Position numbers and translations under genes: made by a program | The notes under the pieces: generated by a model | Seen by the model: only the letters and a program-made list of their open reading frames with translations | Databases searched by the model: none | What the model was told of the DNA's origin: nothing | Assembly: GCA_963775685.1 (NCBI GenBank) | Contig: CAVZJV010000014.1 | Coordinates: 2,304,001-2,368,000, forward strand | DNA length: 64,000 nucleotides | Direction of reading: 5' to 3' | From: Candidatus Bathyarchaeota archaeon | Lineage (GTDB): Archaea > Thermoproteota > Bathyarchaeia > Bathyarchaeales > Bathycorpusculaceae | Shown here: positions 11,226 to 21,053 of the stretch, piece by piece | How the letters are laid out: every line of letters begins with the position of its first letter | How positions within the stretch are numbered: the first letter of the stretch is position 1

Positions 11226-12687
11226 TTACTCCTTTGATTTCTGGAGGCAGTTGGCACATAATTTTTTCCCTGTAGCTTTACAAACCTTGCTTTCATCGAC
11301 TCCGATGATTGATTGGCAGTTTTCACATTTCACAACGTGTTTGGGACAAAGTTTTCGCCTGAATTCTTGGGTAGATGCAAGGTTAGAATTTGAAAAGACA
11401 CTTCCACAGACATCGCAAAGTCCATAGTGGTGGATACATACGCTTGAATTGTCATGACTGCATTTGAATTCTAGAAGCTTGCTGTACCTTTTTCCGCAGA
11501 CCGCACAGACGAACCCTGAATCCTGTTCTATGTATTCATGCAACGTTTCGTCTAGTTTTAAAGCGGCTTTTTTTGAGTAAATTTTTGCAGTGTCGATGGA
11601 TTGTCTAATGCAGCCTTTGCAAACATAAAGGGAATCTTGGGTTGCATATCCCTCAGAGAAAGTGTTACGGCAGATGGGGCAAGTAACTTCTGCGGTATGA
11701 TTAACTCCGACGATGATTGAGGAGTGTATCGTTGCGTTGTTGTCAAGGTTTAATTCAAAACTAATCTTCGAGGTATTGATAACGAGTAAGTTGATGAATT
11801 TTACCTCTATGTTGGTTGCTAACGATTCTTCTTCTCTCTTTAGAAGCGCTTGATAGTTAGCTGGTCTTTTCTGCGCATTAAAATCCTCTTTCTCTATAAT
11901 TAGCTGTTCTAGCCGCTCTCTTCGAAGCCTTTTTTCGTATCTTTTGAGTTTAGCATTTTTTTCTTTGCTAAGCGGTAAGTCAAAAATAATGAGTTTTTCT
12001 TTAAGTAATTTTTCCAACTTTTGGTCAGCGACTTTTTTCAACTCATCAAAAGTGGAAATTTTCAGTTTTGCCTTAAAATCTTGAACATCCAACTGTCCAT
12101 TATCCAAGATATTTTCTTCATCAAGATTTTCGATGTTATCTACTATTGCCTTGCTCATCCATGCCTATGGAAATTATCTCTTCGTTTCGTGGTCTCAACT
12201 TGTTCTTGAATGAAGTTAAATAATAAAATCGATAGTAGCGCACGGGTTCTTTTTTAACTACAGTCACAGAAGCAATTTTTCCATTGTTTATTTGATGGTA
12301 ACATGGTTGAGGGTTAACACAGACACAAGCCACTTTTTCGCCCAAGGTCACCTTGCTACAGTCTTGGCAAGCAAAGACTGAATCCTTAAAGTACTCTTTT
12401 GGAAGTGTCTCAAAATCTTTTTTGGGATTAACTAAAATTTGGCATAGAGCGCCATCTTCTAAACATTCAGTCAATATCTGTTGGAACGTTTGACTTCCAA
12501 ATGTTATTAGCGCTAATTTTTTTTCCCGCGCTATTGCAGGTTCATAAGTGTACTCTGTTGGGTTCATTTGGTTTGGGTATTTTACGGTAAAGACTTCATT
12601 AGATTGTTCTGTTAATTCGCCATTTTTCGATTGGACAAATGACCTGATAAATTGATGAATTTTTGTTTCAGAATATTTTGAGCTCAA
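11226..12687 (-). CDS. YqhG-like protein with Cys/His-rich zinc-binding C-terminus (~486 aa), probable +1 frameshift near 12144
   Basis: N-terminal KIHQFIRSF and LITFGSQTFQQIL resemble Bacillus YqhG; the two ORFs overlap at 12136-12158 in adjacent frames; C-terminus has many CxxC/CxxH pairs. Confidence 0.65.
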
Positions 12688-14708
12688 TCAATAACCCCTT
12701 GAGTAAACTTTTCAGCTAACTCCTGATTTTTCCTTGAAACACTCAAATCGTTAGCAAGTTTTTCCAGTTCTTCCTTTATACTTATTTTAGAGTCATTTCT
12801 CAATACAATGCTCATAATTGTTTTCTGTAGGTCCTGTGAGCCTTCTTTTAGTTCAGCTAAAACAGTTTCCATTTTACCAATTGTCATAGTGAATAAGTCT
12901 ATTTTTTGGTATAGAATGTGCAGAACATAGTCGTCGATGGTGTCTTTTATGCTTAGATTGAAGACCGTTACGTCGCGTTCTTGTTTGTACCTATGGATTC
13001 TGCCAATTCGCTGCTCAATTTTCATGGGGTTCCAATGCAAATCATAGTTAAACATTACACTGCAATTCTGAAGGTTTAGTCCTTCTGCCGCAGAATCTGT
13101 TGCGATAAGATATTTGATCCTGCCTTTTTTGAAAGCTGAAATGACGCTGTCTCTTTCGTTCTGGGTCATGTTGCCTAAGTAGACGTCGGCTTCTCCGAAT
13201 TCTTGACATAGAACTTCTTTTAGTTTATGTGCTGTGATTCTTCTGAGACAAAAAATTATCGCTTGCTCATTTGGGATTTCCCTGAGAACCTCTTTTAATA
13301 ATTTAATTTTTGAGCTCCGAACTTGTTTTGCCATCTCAATTAATTTTCCTGTAGCTTGAGCTTCTGAGGGAAACCGCTGTTGCCTTTTCATCAATGATTC
13401 AATTGAGGCTTCGGGGGAGCTGGAAAATGACTGTTGAAGCGCAACGGCTTGAAAAACTAAAATGGCATTGCTTTGGGATTTGCTGAATTTTCGTGTTGGA
13501 TTCTCCGCCATCAACGTCTCAATTGTCCTAAAACTGTTTTTGTATATGTCTCGCAGGTACTCAGTTGCTTTATCAATAAAATTACGTTCGCTCTCATGTG
13601 GCTCAAGCGTTCTAGAATCAACACATCTTTTCGTGAATGGAACGCCAGTTTGTTCTCTTCTGGTACGGCACATTACTTCTCGAAGGGTTTGTCTTAGTTG
13701 ATACGCCCCTTCCGGTTTAACAACTCTGCTCCTCGCGTCTTCCGCAAATCGGGAAACGAATAAGCGTTCACTATCAAAGATTCCTGGTTGAATTAAATCA
13801 ACTATACTGTACAAGTCAGTTAGCCTATTGCATAAGGGAGTAGCTGTAAGAAGCAACAAATGATTTTTCTGAAGATTCGCCAAGCACACTCTTCCTTTGC
13901 TGTGAGTATTTCGAAATGAATGAGCCTCGTCTACAACAATTAAATCCCACGTTCGACTTGCCAACACATCATATTTTCTTGCCATAAGAGTATGAGAGCA
14001 GATAATTCTGTTAGCCGTCTTCAAATCAAGTCTGTGATTGTTCGCAACAGAAAAGGTCTCTCCAAATTTTTCAGCCATTTCAGTCTTCCACTGAGATAGT
14101 AGGCTTTTTGGAGATACAATAAGTATCGAATTAATTTCACCTCTTAGAAGCAACTCTTTAATGATAAGGCCAGCTTCGATTGTTTTGCCAAGCCCCACTT
14201 CATCAGCAAGAATTGCATTTGCGTTCATTTCGTTAATTACTTGAAGAGCAATTTGCATCTGAAAATTATAAGGCACTAGTTTAGCTCGTAAAGTCTCTGC
14301 AGAGATTAACTTGTCAATTTGGCATGAGTCTTTAATCTGTAGTGCTTCTAATTGAAGTTTAAAGTTTCTAAAACTTGAAAATGACCTAGTTTCTAATCGT
14401 TTTCTTATGCTATTTGGGTCAGAAATAGTGTAGGAGTATTGATATCGGGCTTTTTCTCCATCGGCTGTTTCATCTTCAAATTCAAAACTGCGAATCTCAG
14501 ATATAGATGGAACAGACGGTTTGTTATTGGTTTTCTTTCTAATTTTTTTAGCGGGGGGACGCTCTGTTTTGTGATTATCAACTTTATTTGCGGATGATAC
14601 TGTGCTTTGGATATAATTGTATTTTTCACAAGTATTATCATAAGGATTAGGAGTTACCGAATCGGGTGGCTGGCACTCGTTAGTGTTAACTTTGCGCTTA
14701 ACAGACAA
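12684..14708 (-). CDS. SNF2-family helicase/ATPase (YqhH/RapA-like)
   Basis: ILADEVGLGKT (I), DEAH (II), LTATP (III), AAEGLNLQ (V), WNPMKIEQRIGRIHR (VI). Confidence 0.95.
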   Translation of the reverse strand: MSVKRKVNTNECQPPDSVTPNPYDNTCEKYNYIQSTVSSANKVDNHKTERPPAKKIRKKTNNKPSVPSISEIRSFEFEDETADGEKARYQYSYTISDPNSIRKRLETRSFSSFRNFKLQLEALQIKDSCQIDKLISAETLRAKLVPYNFQMQIALQVINEMNANAILADEVGLGKTIEAGLIIKELLLRGEINSILIVSPKSLLSQWKTEMAEKFGETFSVANNHRLDLKTANRIICSHTLMARKYDVLASRTWDLIVVDEAHSFRNTHSKGRVCLANLQKNHLLLLTATPLCNRLTDLYSIVDLIQPGIFDSERLFVSRFAEDARSRVVKPEGAYQLRQTLREVMCRTRREQTGVPFTKRCVDSRTLEPHESERNFIDKATEYLRDIYKNSFRTIETLMAENPTRKFSKSQSNAILVFQAVALQQSFSSSPEASIESLMKRQQRFPSEAQATGKLIEMAKQVRSSKIKLLKEVLREIPNEQAIIFCLRRITAHKLKEVLCQEFGEADVYLGNMTQNERDSVISAFKKGRIKYLIATDSAAEGLNLQNCSVMFNYDLHWNPMKIEQRIGRIHRYKQERDVTVFNLSIKDTIDDYVLHILYQKIDLFTMTIGKMETVLAELKEGSQDLQKTIMSIVLRNDSKISIKEELEKLANDLSVSRKNQELAEKFTQGVID

Positions 14709-14807
14709 GAGTATCGCGTTCTACTCCGATATCTTACTATAAAAAGATGAATGGAGGAAAAACAAAATTTGCAAGCCTTAACTAAAACTATGTCTTGGCT
14801 CCGAGAG

Positions 14808-15671
14808 CTAAGGCGGCTGAAGTGCTTTTCTCTGCAGAAATGAATTCACTGCATCTATGAGGGCTTCACAAGCAAACCACCGTTCTTCCAAGGATCCATC
14901 TGTCTCCATGTTCTGGATTATTCTGTTGAATTTTTTTATTTCCTCCAAAACTGGCTCCCTTTTTTTATCGTATTCGGCTCGTATTTCCTTTTGCTTGACA
15001 CTAAAATCCAGCATAACCAATTCAAGCTCGGTTTGCTTATCGTTTATTTCCTTCATTATAGCCATTTCTTTTTGTTCTCTTTTCTTCTTGGAAACGCCAC
15101 GGAAAAATCCGGTTTTCATCCGAATTACCTCATCCTGTTCTTTTTTCAGAAGGTTTATGGAAATGTAGAGACTCTTAATTTCTCGGTTTCTTTGACTTTT
15201 AATTGCCCCTGTCAAAGTTGCATATTCTTTATTGATTAGCTTTAGGCGGCTTCGCCAATCTGACAGACAGTTAATTTCTTGGTCAAGTGAGGCTTCCCTT
15301 CGGCGTATGCCTTCAAGATGTTGATCAATATTGGCGAGTGTTTGGGAGCGCTCCCTGACAAATTGTTCATCTGCGATTACGTTAGGGTGAGATTCAAACT
15401 CGCCAAGAACATCCGACAAGCTCGTCAGCCAACGATCAAAATGTTCGCTGAACGGGAAAGAACCAAACTTCTGGATGCCCAAAGTATGGAGCCGCTTAAG
15501 GGTTGCCTCTGAAATCTCTTTTTCAGTTGCAATTGGCTTCTCTTCCTGTACTTGACCAACAATTCCTCTATGTACGCGTTTTCTATCCTTCCTTTTTTCA
15601 CGAAGAGTTTTTTTGTATCCATGAATCGCGCCTCTTGGCGACTTCACACGAGGCTGGTATCCCATAAACAC
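14808..15671 (-). CDS. hypothetical coiled-coil protein with basic N-terminus
   Basis: 287-aa ORF; K/R-rich N-terminus and a long E/K/Q-rich heptad region. Confidence 0.7.
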   Translation of the reverse strand: MFMGYQPRVKSPRGAIHGYKKTLREKRKDRKRVHRGIVGQVQEEKPIATEKEISEATLKRLHTLGIQKFGSFPFSEHFDRWLTSLSDVLGEFESHPNVIADEQFVRERSQTLANIDQHLEGIRRREASLDQEINCLSDWRSRLKLINKEYATLTGAIKSQRNREIKSLYISINLLKKEQDEVIRMKTGFFRGVSKKKREQKEMAIMKEINDKQTELELVMLDFSVKQKEIRAEYDKKREPVLEEIKKFNRIIQNMETDGSLEERWFACEALIDAVNSFLQRKALQPP

Positions 15672-15853
15672 AAGGTATCATCAATGAACTATTTAGTTTG
15701 CGCCTAATTGCCTCAGAATTCGTCTTCTTCCTGATTATTGCCTGACCCTTATCAAGTTTTTCACAGCCCTTGTTTAAGTCAATTTCAGACTGGGGTAACT
15801 CAAACCACAAACATAATAAGTTTAACTCGTGAAAGAAAAGAACTGTGAAAAGT

Positions 15854-16351
15854 ATGCCGCAGTTTGTCGTTAATCCAAGCCGAATTGACCCCTACAAGAA
15901 ATTCAAGTTCATAGTAAAGTGGGATGGTAAAGTCGTTGCGGGCGTCTCAAAGATGAGTCCCCTGAAACGAACCACTGATGTCATTCTGCACCGCGAAGGG
16001 GGCGATGCAAATGTGGAGCGGAAATCTCCCGGCAAAACTCATTATGACCCCATCATTCTAGAACGAGGCGTAACACATGACCCTGAGTTTGAAACTTGGG
16101 CTAATTTGGTGTTTAACAAGGGCAATGGTTCAATGTCTCTTAAAAACTTCCGCAAAGACATAGTCATCGAATTGCTAAACGAAGCGGGAGTTCCAGTGAT
16201 TGCTTACAAGGTCTATAGGTGTTGGGTCTCAGAGTATACTGCCCTGCCTGAATTGGACGCGGGTCAAAATGCTGTTGCCATACAAAGTATAACCATCGAG
16301 CATGAGGGCTGGGAAAGAGACACTGGGTTAGCTGAACCCAAAGAAACATAG
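15854..16351 (+). CDS. phage tail tube protein, T4 gp19 / eCIS Afp1-Pvc1 family
   Basis: DPYKKFKFIVKWDG, HREGGD, SPGKTHYDPIILERGVT, FRKDIVIELLNEAG, YRCWVSEY, LDAGQNAVAIQSITIEHEGWERD. Confidence 0.92.
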   Translation: MPQFVVNPSRIDPYKKFKFIVKWDGKVVAGVSKMSPLKRTTDVILHREGGDANVERKSPGKTHYDPIILERGVTHDPEFETWANLVFNKGNGSMSLKNFRKDIVIELLNEAGVPVIAYKVYRCWVSEYTALPELDAGQNAVAIQSITIEHEGWERDTGLAEPKET

Positions 16352-16367
16352 AGGCTCAGAGTAGGAT

Positions 16368-17045
16368 TTGACCTTGCCAAGCCAACCCAACATCCACAGA
16401 GGAACCTTAATACTGCTTGCACCAAACGCTGCAGACGCCTCTATCTCCTCGAAAAATATCTATTTTGTTTTCCAGTACAACCCAGAAAAACTAATCCACA
16501 CCTTCAACCAAAGTATGCCCTCAACATTAGCATCAAACTCGACAGATTCACAACTCCCAATAAATGAGCTTTACAACTTAACTTTTGAACTCGACAGTTT
16601 AGATGCCGATTCGGTTTCTCAGAATCAGAGTTCAACCGATCTTGGTCTCCACCCAACTTTAGCCATGCTTGAGATGATGATGCGACCGCAGGTCGTTGGC
16701 AAACAAAAGTCATTACCCATCGTTGTATTCAAGTGGGGTGCAAAACGATCTGTTGCGGTTCGGTTCATCAGTATGAATGTTGAGGAAAAATCTTTCGACG
16801 TTACCTTGAACCCGACGAGGGCAACTGTTAGCTTAACATTGAGAGTGCTTGACGCTGCCGAGACTGCAGACAACATTGGCGCCAAGAACATTTGTTTGGT
16901 CCATAATAATGTGCTGGCAACTCTGGTTGACGCTTACAAATTCCAAACTAGTCAAGCTTCTGTTCAAGCAGGAAGTGTTTTGGGCGTTTCTGGTACGGCA
17001 GGTGAGGGGTTAAACGTTGAAAGGAAAACAAAATTTGGTCCATAG
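16368..17045 (+). CDS. contractile injection system tube-like / tube-initiator protein (Afp7/Pvc7-like, no LysM)
   Basis: FQYNPEKL, LTFELD, LGLHPTLAMLEMMM, PIVVFKWG, SMNVEEKSFD..LNPTRATVSLTLR. Confidence 0.78.
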   Translation: MTLPSQPNIHRGTLILLAPNAADASISSKNIYFVFQYNPEKLIHTFNQSMPSTLASNSTDSQLPINELYNLTFELDSLDADSVSQNQSSTDLGLHPTLAMLEMMMRPQVVGKQKSLPIVVFKWGAKRSVAVRFISMNVEEKSFDVTLNPTRATVSLTLRVLDAAETADNIGAKNICLVHNNVLATLVDAYKFQTSQASVQAGSVLGVSGTAGEGLNVERKTKFGP

Positions 17046-17303
17046 CCCTTTTTTTCTTTGTTGAACAATTTTTTGCTAATTTTAGATTTTGGTTTTTGCT
17101 GTGTTGTTTGCTAAGCTTTAAATCAGGCAAGTAAAAGCTTAGTTGGTTGGTGAGGGGAGCCTGTGAAACTGTTGAAGATCCCCTTTACCTTTCAAACTCG
17201 GGTTTTTTTCAATCGTGAAGTAGGAACAGACTCAACGTTTCTTCCTTAAAACGTCGAGATCAAGATAAATCGGGTTAAAAGATTTCCCTGACGAATTTGT
17301 TTT

Positions 17304-17732
17304 CTATGCTCTATTACCGTAGTTTTTGCTCATGCAACTCTGGCAATAATTTCGCTTAAACCTCTTTATTCGCTTTGGTTGGAAGAGTTTTCCGCATGAA
17401 CTGCATTTTATTTGGTTTACTGTCTTTGGGTCGAGTAGTTTGAGTCTTCGTTCAATCTCATTTTTAATATCTGAGTCATTTTCGGTTATCAATGCATGGG
17501 TTAGTAGTGTCTTTGCTTGATCTTCGCATTTGTCTCCGAACATTTTTGAAAACACATTGTTTTTTTTCTGGTCAACACTTATCTGAGATGGCAACATACA
17601 GATAAAATTTGAAGGATAACTCTTGGATTTATCTGAGTCGACAACGGCAAATCGATAGTGCCTGCCCACATAGTTGCCCTCAACATTATCCTGAGTAAAT
17701 ATTTGTAACTTGAATTTCAATTGAGTGCTCAC
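17304..17732 (-). CDS. hypothetical protein with C-terminal zinc ribbon
   Basis: CSSCGKLF...YCQSC. Confidence 0.65.
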   Translation of the reverse strand: MSTQLKFKLQIFTQDNVEGNYVGRHYRFAVVDSDKSKSYPSNFICMLPSQISVDQKKNNVFSKMFGDKCEDQAKTLLTHALITENDSDIKNEIERRLKLLDPKTVNQIKCSSCGKLFQPKRIKRFKRNYCQSCMSKNYGNRA

Positions 17733-17837
17733 ACGTATATAGAAAGCACTTGCCCAGCTAATATCTGTAGTTCTTCAGGACTCGATTTTCATCGCTAAAT
17801 TTGTTTAGACAATTGGTAAACCACAAAAAATGTTATA

Positions 17838-18767
17838 TCATCCATTTTGTCTTTTTAGTTTGCCAATGATATTGGCAAAGCCTTTTCTAAAGTCAAATGA
17901 CGCTACGACCTCAGTGAAATTAACGAGGATTAATGACGTTAATGTCAAGGAGGGTATGAGTGCGTAATAGTAAAGTGGTGTAGTTAATCCTGAGCCTAAA
18001 ACCATACTTACAAACCCTGCCCCCATGCCGGGGGAAAAAAGCATCAAATTTGATAAGAACAATGCGGCGAGGCCACTTGCGGATGCGACCTTGAGGTTTT
18101 TGCAGTTGTACATCACAAAAAGAGGAAGAGCCAATAAACCGAACCTTACATCAAAAAATCCCAGTGCCAATGCAATTCCTGAAAAGAATGGTTTGCCTTT
18201 GCTGCCAAGGTATAAGCTGAGGAGAAGCAGAAAGGTAAGTATGACTTTGGCTTGTCCTTCTCCCCATTGCCAATAGTAACTTGGAGACAGGCCCCAATTC
18301 GAAGTTGGGAAGGGCAGTAGCAACGTAATGGTCATCACAGCTAGAGTTACTGCAAGATGCTTGCCGCTTAAGAGCTTGTAGAGCATATAGGCGATTGCGG
18401 GGAGAAGCATAAATTGGATTATGTCAAAGACCAGCAATGCCTTCTGATAACCAAGAGACAGCAACGGTGAAGCAACCAACAGAAAAGAGGGCAGATACTT
18501 ATAGGCTTCAGGATATGGTGGAGTTAAGGGTTCGCCACTGCCTAAAGCGCCGAAATGATAGATTTGCGAGGGATTATGCCAGAGTCTCCAAGCACCAACA
18601 TAGTAGGCGGAGAAATCTTTTGCAAGTATGCTGCCTGAAGTATTGATGCCTGGGCTGGGTGTGTAGGTTTCTGGATACGCCACTATGAAGGTATATAGGT
18701 TTAGGGTGATGAGCAAGGCGACTGCGATGATGAGAATGACTTTGTTTGGGAGTAGTTTATGAGTCAT
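17838..18767 (-). CDS. GT-C (GT87-like) multi-pass membrane glycosyltransferase
   Basis: KDFSAYY, YKYLPSF and GQ motifs among about 8 hydrophobic segments. Confidence 0.65.
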   Translation of the reverse strand: MTHKLLPNKVILIIAVALLITLNLYTFIVAYPETYTPSPGINTSGSILAKDFSAYYVGAWRLWHNPSQIYHFGALGSGEPLTPPYPEAYKYLPSFLLVASPLLSLGYQKALLVFDIIQFMLLPAIAYMLYKLLSGKHLAVTLAVMTITLLLPFPTSNWGLSPSYYWQWGEGQAKVILTFLLLLSLYLGSKGKPFFSGIALALGFFDVRFGLLALPLFVMYNCKNLKVASASGLAALFLSNLMLFSPGMGAGFVSMVLGSGLTTPLYYYALIPSLTLTSLILVNFTEVVASFDFRKGFANIIGKLKRQNG

Positions 18768-18953
18768 TTTTTCTCAGCGGTGGACTGTTTATGGTTTTAT
18801 TTCACTGTGATGGAAACTTTTATACTTGGTTATTTAGTAAATTGTGTCTAAATGTTCTTGAATGTATTACACTCGTCTTACAGATGAAAATGCTTTTATT
18901 CAATTTCCACTCTGAAGCCTTAAAATGCTCAACTCAAAGGATTGAATCTGAAA

Positions 18954-19544
18954 ATGTTGCAAAAACAAACCAGCGCAAAACGAGCCTCAATAATTGCCAT
19001 GACAACTGCACTCTACGTCGTATTCTTTTTCCTATCCTACTCCGTAACACTACCAAACTTCACTCTCCTCTACCTTCCTATTATTCTGTTAGGCGTTTTC
19101 CCAATATGGTTTGGATGGAGTGGACTTGTGGGCGCCATGCTTGGGGGATTCATTGGCGGTGCTTTTGTCGAAGGCTTAGGTTTTCTGGGAATATTCGAAT
19201 CAGTAGTAGCGCTCCTCATATATCTCGTTAACTGGACACTTATTCCCAAAAAAGCAGCCGAAGACGGAAACAAACTCAACCTAATTGCTCTTATAGGCGT
19301 ACTGACAGTGAGTCTTCTTGCGGGCACAAGTTACATCCTCTTTCAATACACCATTCTACCACAATTATTCACTGCATCCGAAGCGTTATTCATTCTGATT
19401 CCCACGTTCCTGATTAACTTGCCAATTGTCTTGATTACTTGTCCTCTTCTGATTAGGGCTGTGTCGCCTAAATTGAGAACTTGGGGTCTGTACTCCGGCA
19501 ACTTTGCAGAATGGCGAAATCGCAATGCCTCAAAACCAGTATAA
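18954..19544 (+). CDS. ECF-type S-component / QueT-like membrane protein
   Basis: AMTTALYVV..., PIWFGWSGLVGAMLGGFIGG; about 6 TM helices. Confidence 0.6.
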   Translation: MLQKQTSAKRASIIAMTTALYVVFFFLSYSVTLPNFTLLYLPIILLGVFPIWFGWSGLVGAMLGGFIGGAFVEGLGFLGIFESVVALLIYLVNWTLIPKKAAEDGNKLNLIALIGVLTVSLLAGTSYILFQYTILPQLFTASEALFILIPTFLINLPIVLITCPLLIRAVSPKLRTWGLYSGNFAEWRNRNASKPV

Positions 19545-19626
19545 TTTTTCTCCAAAAACTTCTTCCTTTTTTAGAACCTAAGCGCGTCTGCTTGTTCTAA
19601 CCAATGCCAAAAACTATAGTCGCCAG

Positions 19627-20199
19627 ATGGAAAATACTTTTAAGTTGTGGTCCCTTAAGGCACCTGAAGCGTTGAAGATGAAAATCAGAATCCTAAAACT
19701 AACCTCTGAATTTCTGGCTGTATTGCTCAGAGGCAAGACTTTCTCTTTTACCTCAACTTTGCCTCTTGACGCCGAAATTTTAGATGTAAAAATGGATTTA
19801 TTTTCCAAGCAGGTTTCCATAATAGTGAGGAGCGATAGTTTTGAGGATGTTGCCGAGTCCATGCCAATTCCCGAGTTCAACGTTTCAAAAACCGATGAAC
19901 TCAAAAACGAGCCAAAACCAGCTTCGCCAGTTAAAGCTCAAGTTGTACCTGAGTTTAAGCCTACTATTGCAAAGTTGCCTCAGCCGCAACCAAGTCGAAT
20001 GGCCTCAAAAATGGAGAACGAGTTTAGCCCTGAACAGCGCAAACTGCTAAGTTTCACCGTTAAGGAGGACCACGTTGTAGTTAAGCCTGTGATGTTTTTG
20101 AAGGCTGAGTGGGACGACATAAATGAGGTTGTGCGGAGTTTAGGCGGCAGGTGGGTTAAGGGCGACATTATTAGCTACTGGGAAATTCCACTTCTATAA
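19627..20199 (+). CDS. hypothetical protein
   Basis: 190-aa ORF with two domains separated by a P/K-rich linker; C-terminal VRSLGGRWV..YWEIP. Confidence 0.6.
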   Translation: MENTFKLWSLKAPEALKMKIRILKLTSEFLAVLLRGKTFSFTSTLPLDAEILDVKMDLFSKQVSIIVRSDSFEDVAESMPIPEFNVSKTDELKNEPKPASPVKAQVVPEFKPTIAKLPQPQPSRMASKMENEFSPEQRKLLSFTVKEDHVVVKPVMFLKAEWDDINEVVRSLGGRWVKGDIISYWEIPLL

Positions 20200-20268
20200 A
20201 TAGTGTTTTAGTGAGAAACGAAATAACTTTAAACCAGAAACACCTAATTGGAAGCAGAGTGAGCCTAC

Positions 20269-20655
20269 ATGGAAAAAACCGATAAACCATTAACCAGAGA
20301 CGCATTAGTCTCAATGCAAGTTATAGATGCAAAAGGAAAGCTGCTGGGAAAAGTTCAAGATGTTGTTTTCGCCGTTGGAAAAATGGGCATAGCTTTAACC
20401 GTTGAAAATGAAGATGGGGAGACACAAACAGTTGCGTGGGAAGATGTTCAAGCGGCCTCAGACTACATTATCCTAAAACCCGTTACACAGACCACATACC
20501 AGCCACAGACACAACAACAGCAACCTGCCCAAACCGCAACTCAGCCAGTTCAACAACAATCAACTCAACCGCTTTGCCCAACATGTGGCAAACCCTTAAC
20601 ATGGATTCCGCAATACCAACGATGGTACTGCTACAACGACAAAAAATACGTCTAA
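20269..20655 (+). CDS. PRC-barrel protein with Q/T-rich linker and zinc ribbon
   Basis: MQVIDAKGKLLGKVQDV...WEDVQAASDYIIL (PRC barrel); CPTCGKPL..RWYCYND. Confidence 0.8.
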   Translation: MEKTDKPLTRDALVSMQVIDAKGKLLGKVQDVVFAVGKMGIALTVENEDGETQTVAWEDVQAASDYIILKPVTQTTYQPQTQQQQPAQTATQPVQQQSTQPLCPTCGKPLTWIPQYQRWYCYNDKKYV

Positions 20656-21053
20656 AACCAATCGTTCATCCTTATTTTTCTTTCTTAAATTTTTTCCAGT
20701 TTATGCCTACCTAAGATTGAGGCTTTAAGTTCTTTATTGCGTTTGGTGAGTGAGCTATCGCCCTCGCGGTTTGTCTCCTTAACAGTTCTTAGACTATTAT
20801 GCTTAACTGGTGATTGTTAGCAAGAGGAGATTTTACAACATCTTTCATGAAGGAATACTTGGGCCCTTTATCGTTTGTATACTGCACGCTTGTACTTTCA
20901 AATAGACTTGGGCAAACCGCTACCTCTCAAGCAACCTACCCCGCCATATATCATTTCAAGTGTAGGTTCAACCAAAAGTTGACTTGGAAAAAAATTATGG
21001 TTAACGAGTCAAAAAATTGGTATTTTTCTCAAAAAACATGCCTATTTGGGTGT

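Noticed and set aside
11222-11326. Fusion of the YqhG-like ORF and the Mrr ORF (extended start at 11326)
   Set aside because: A clean TAA followed 4 nt later by ATG indicates two genes; the overlap is an ORF-caller extension
15854-17045. Prophage or provirus
   Set aside because: No capsid, terminase, portal, integrase or att repeats nearby; the motifs are eCIS-type
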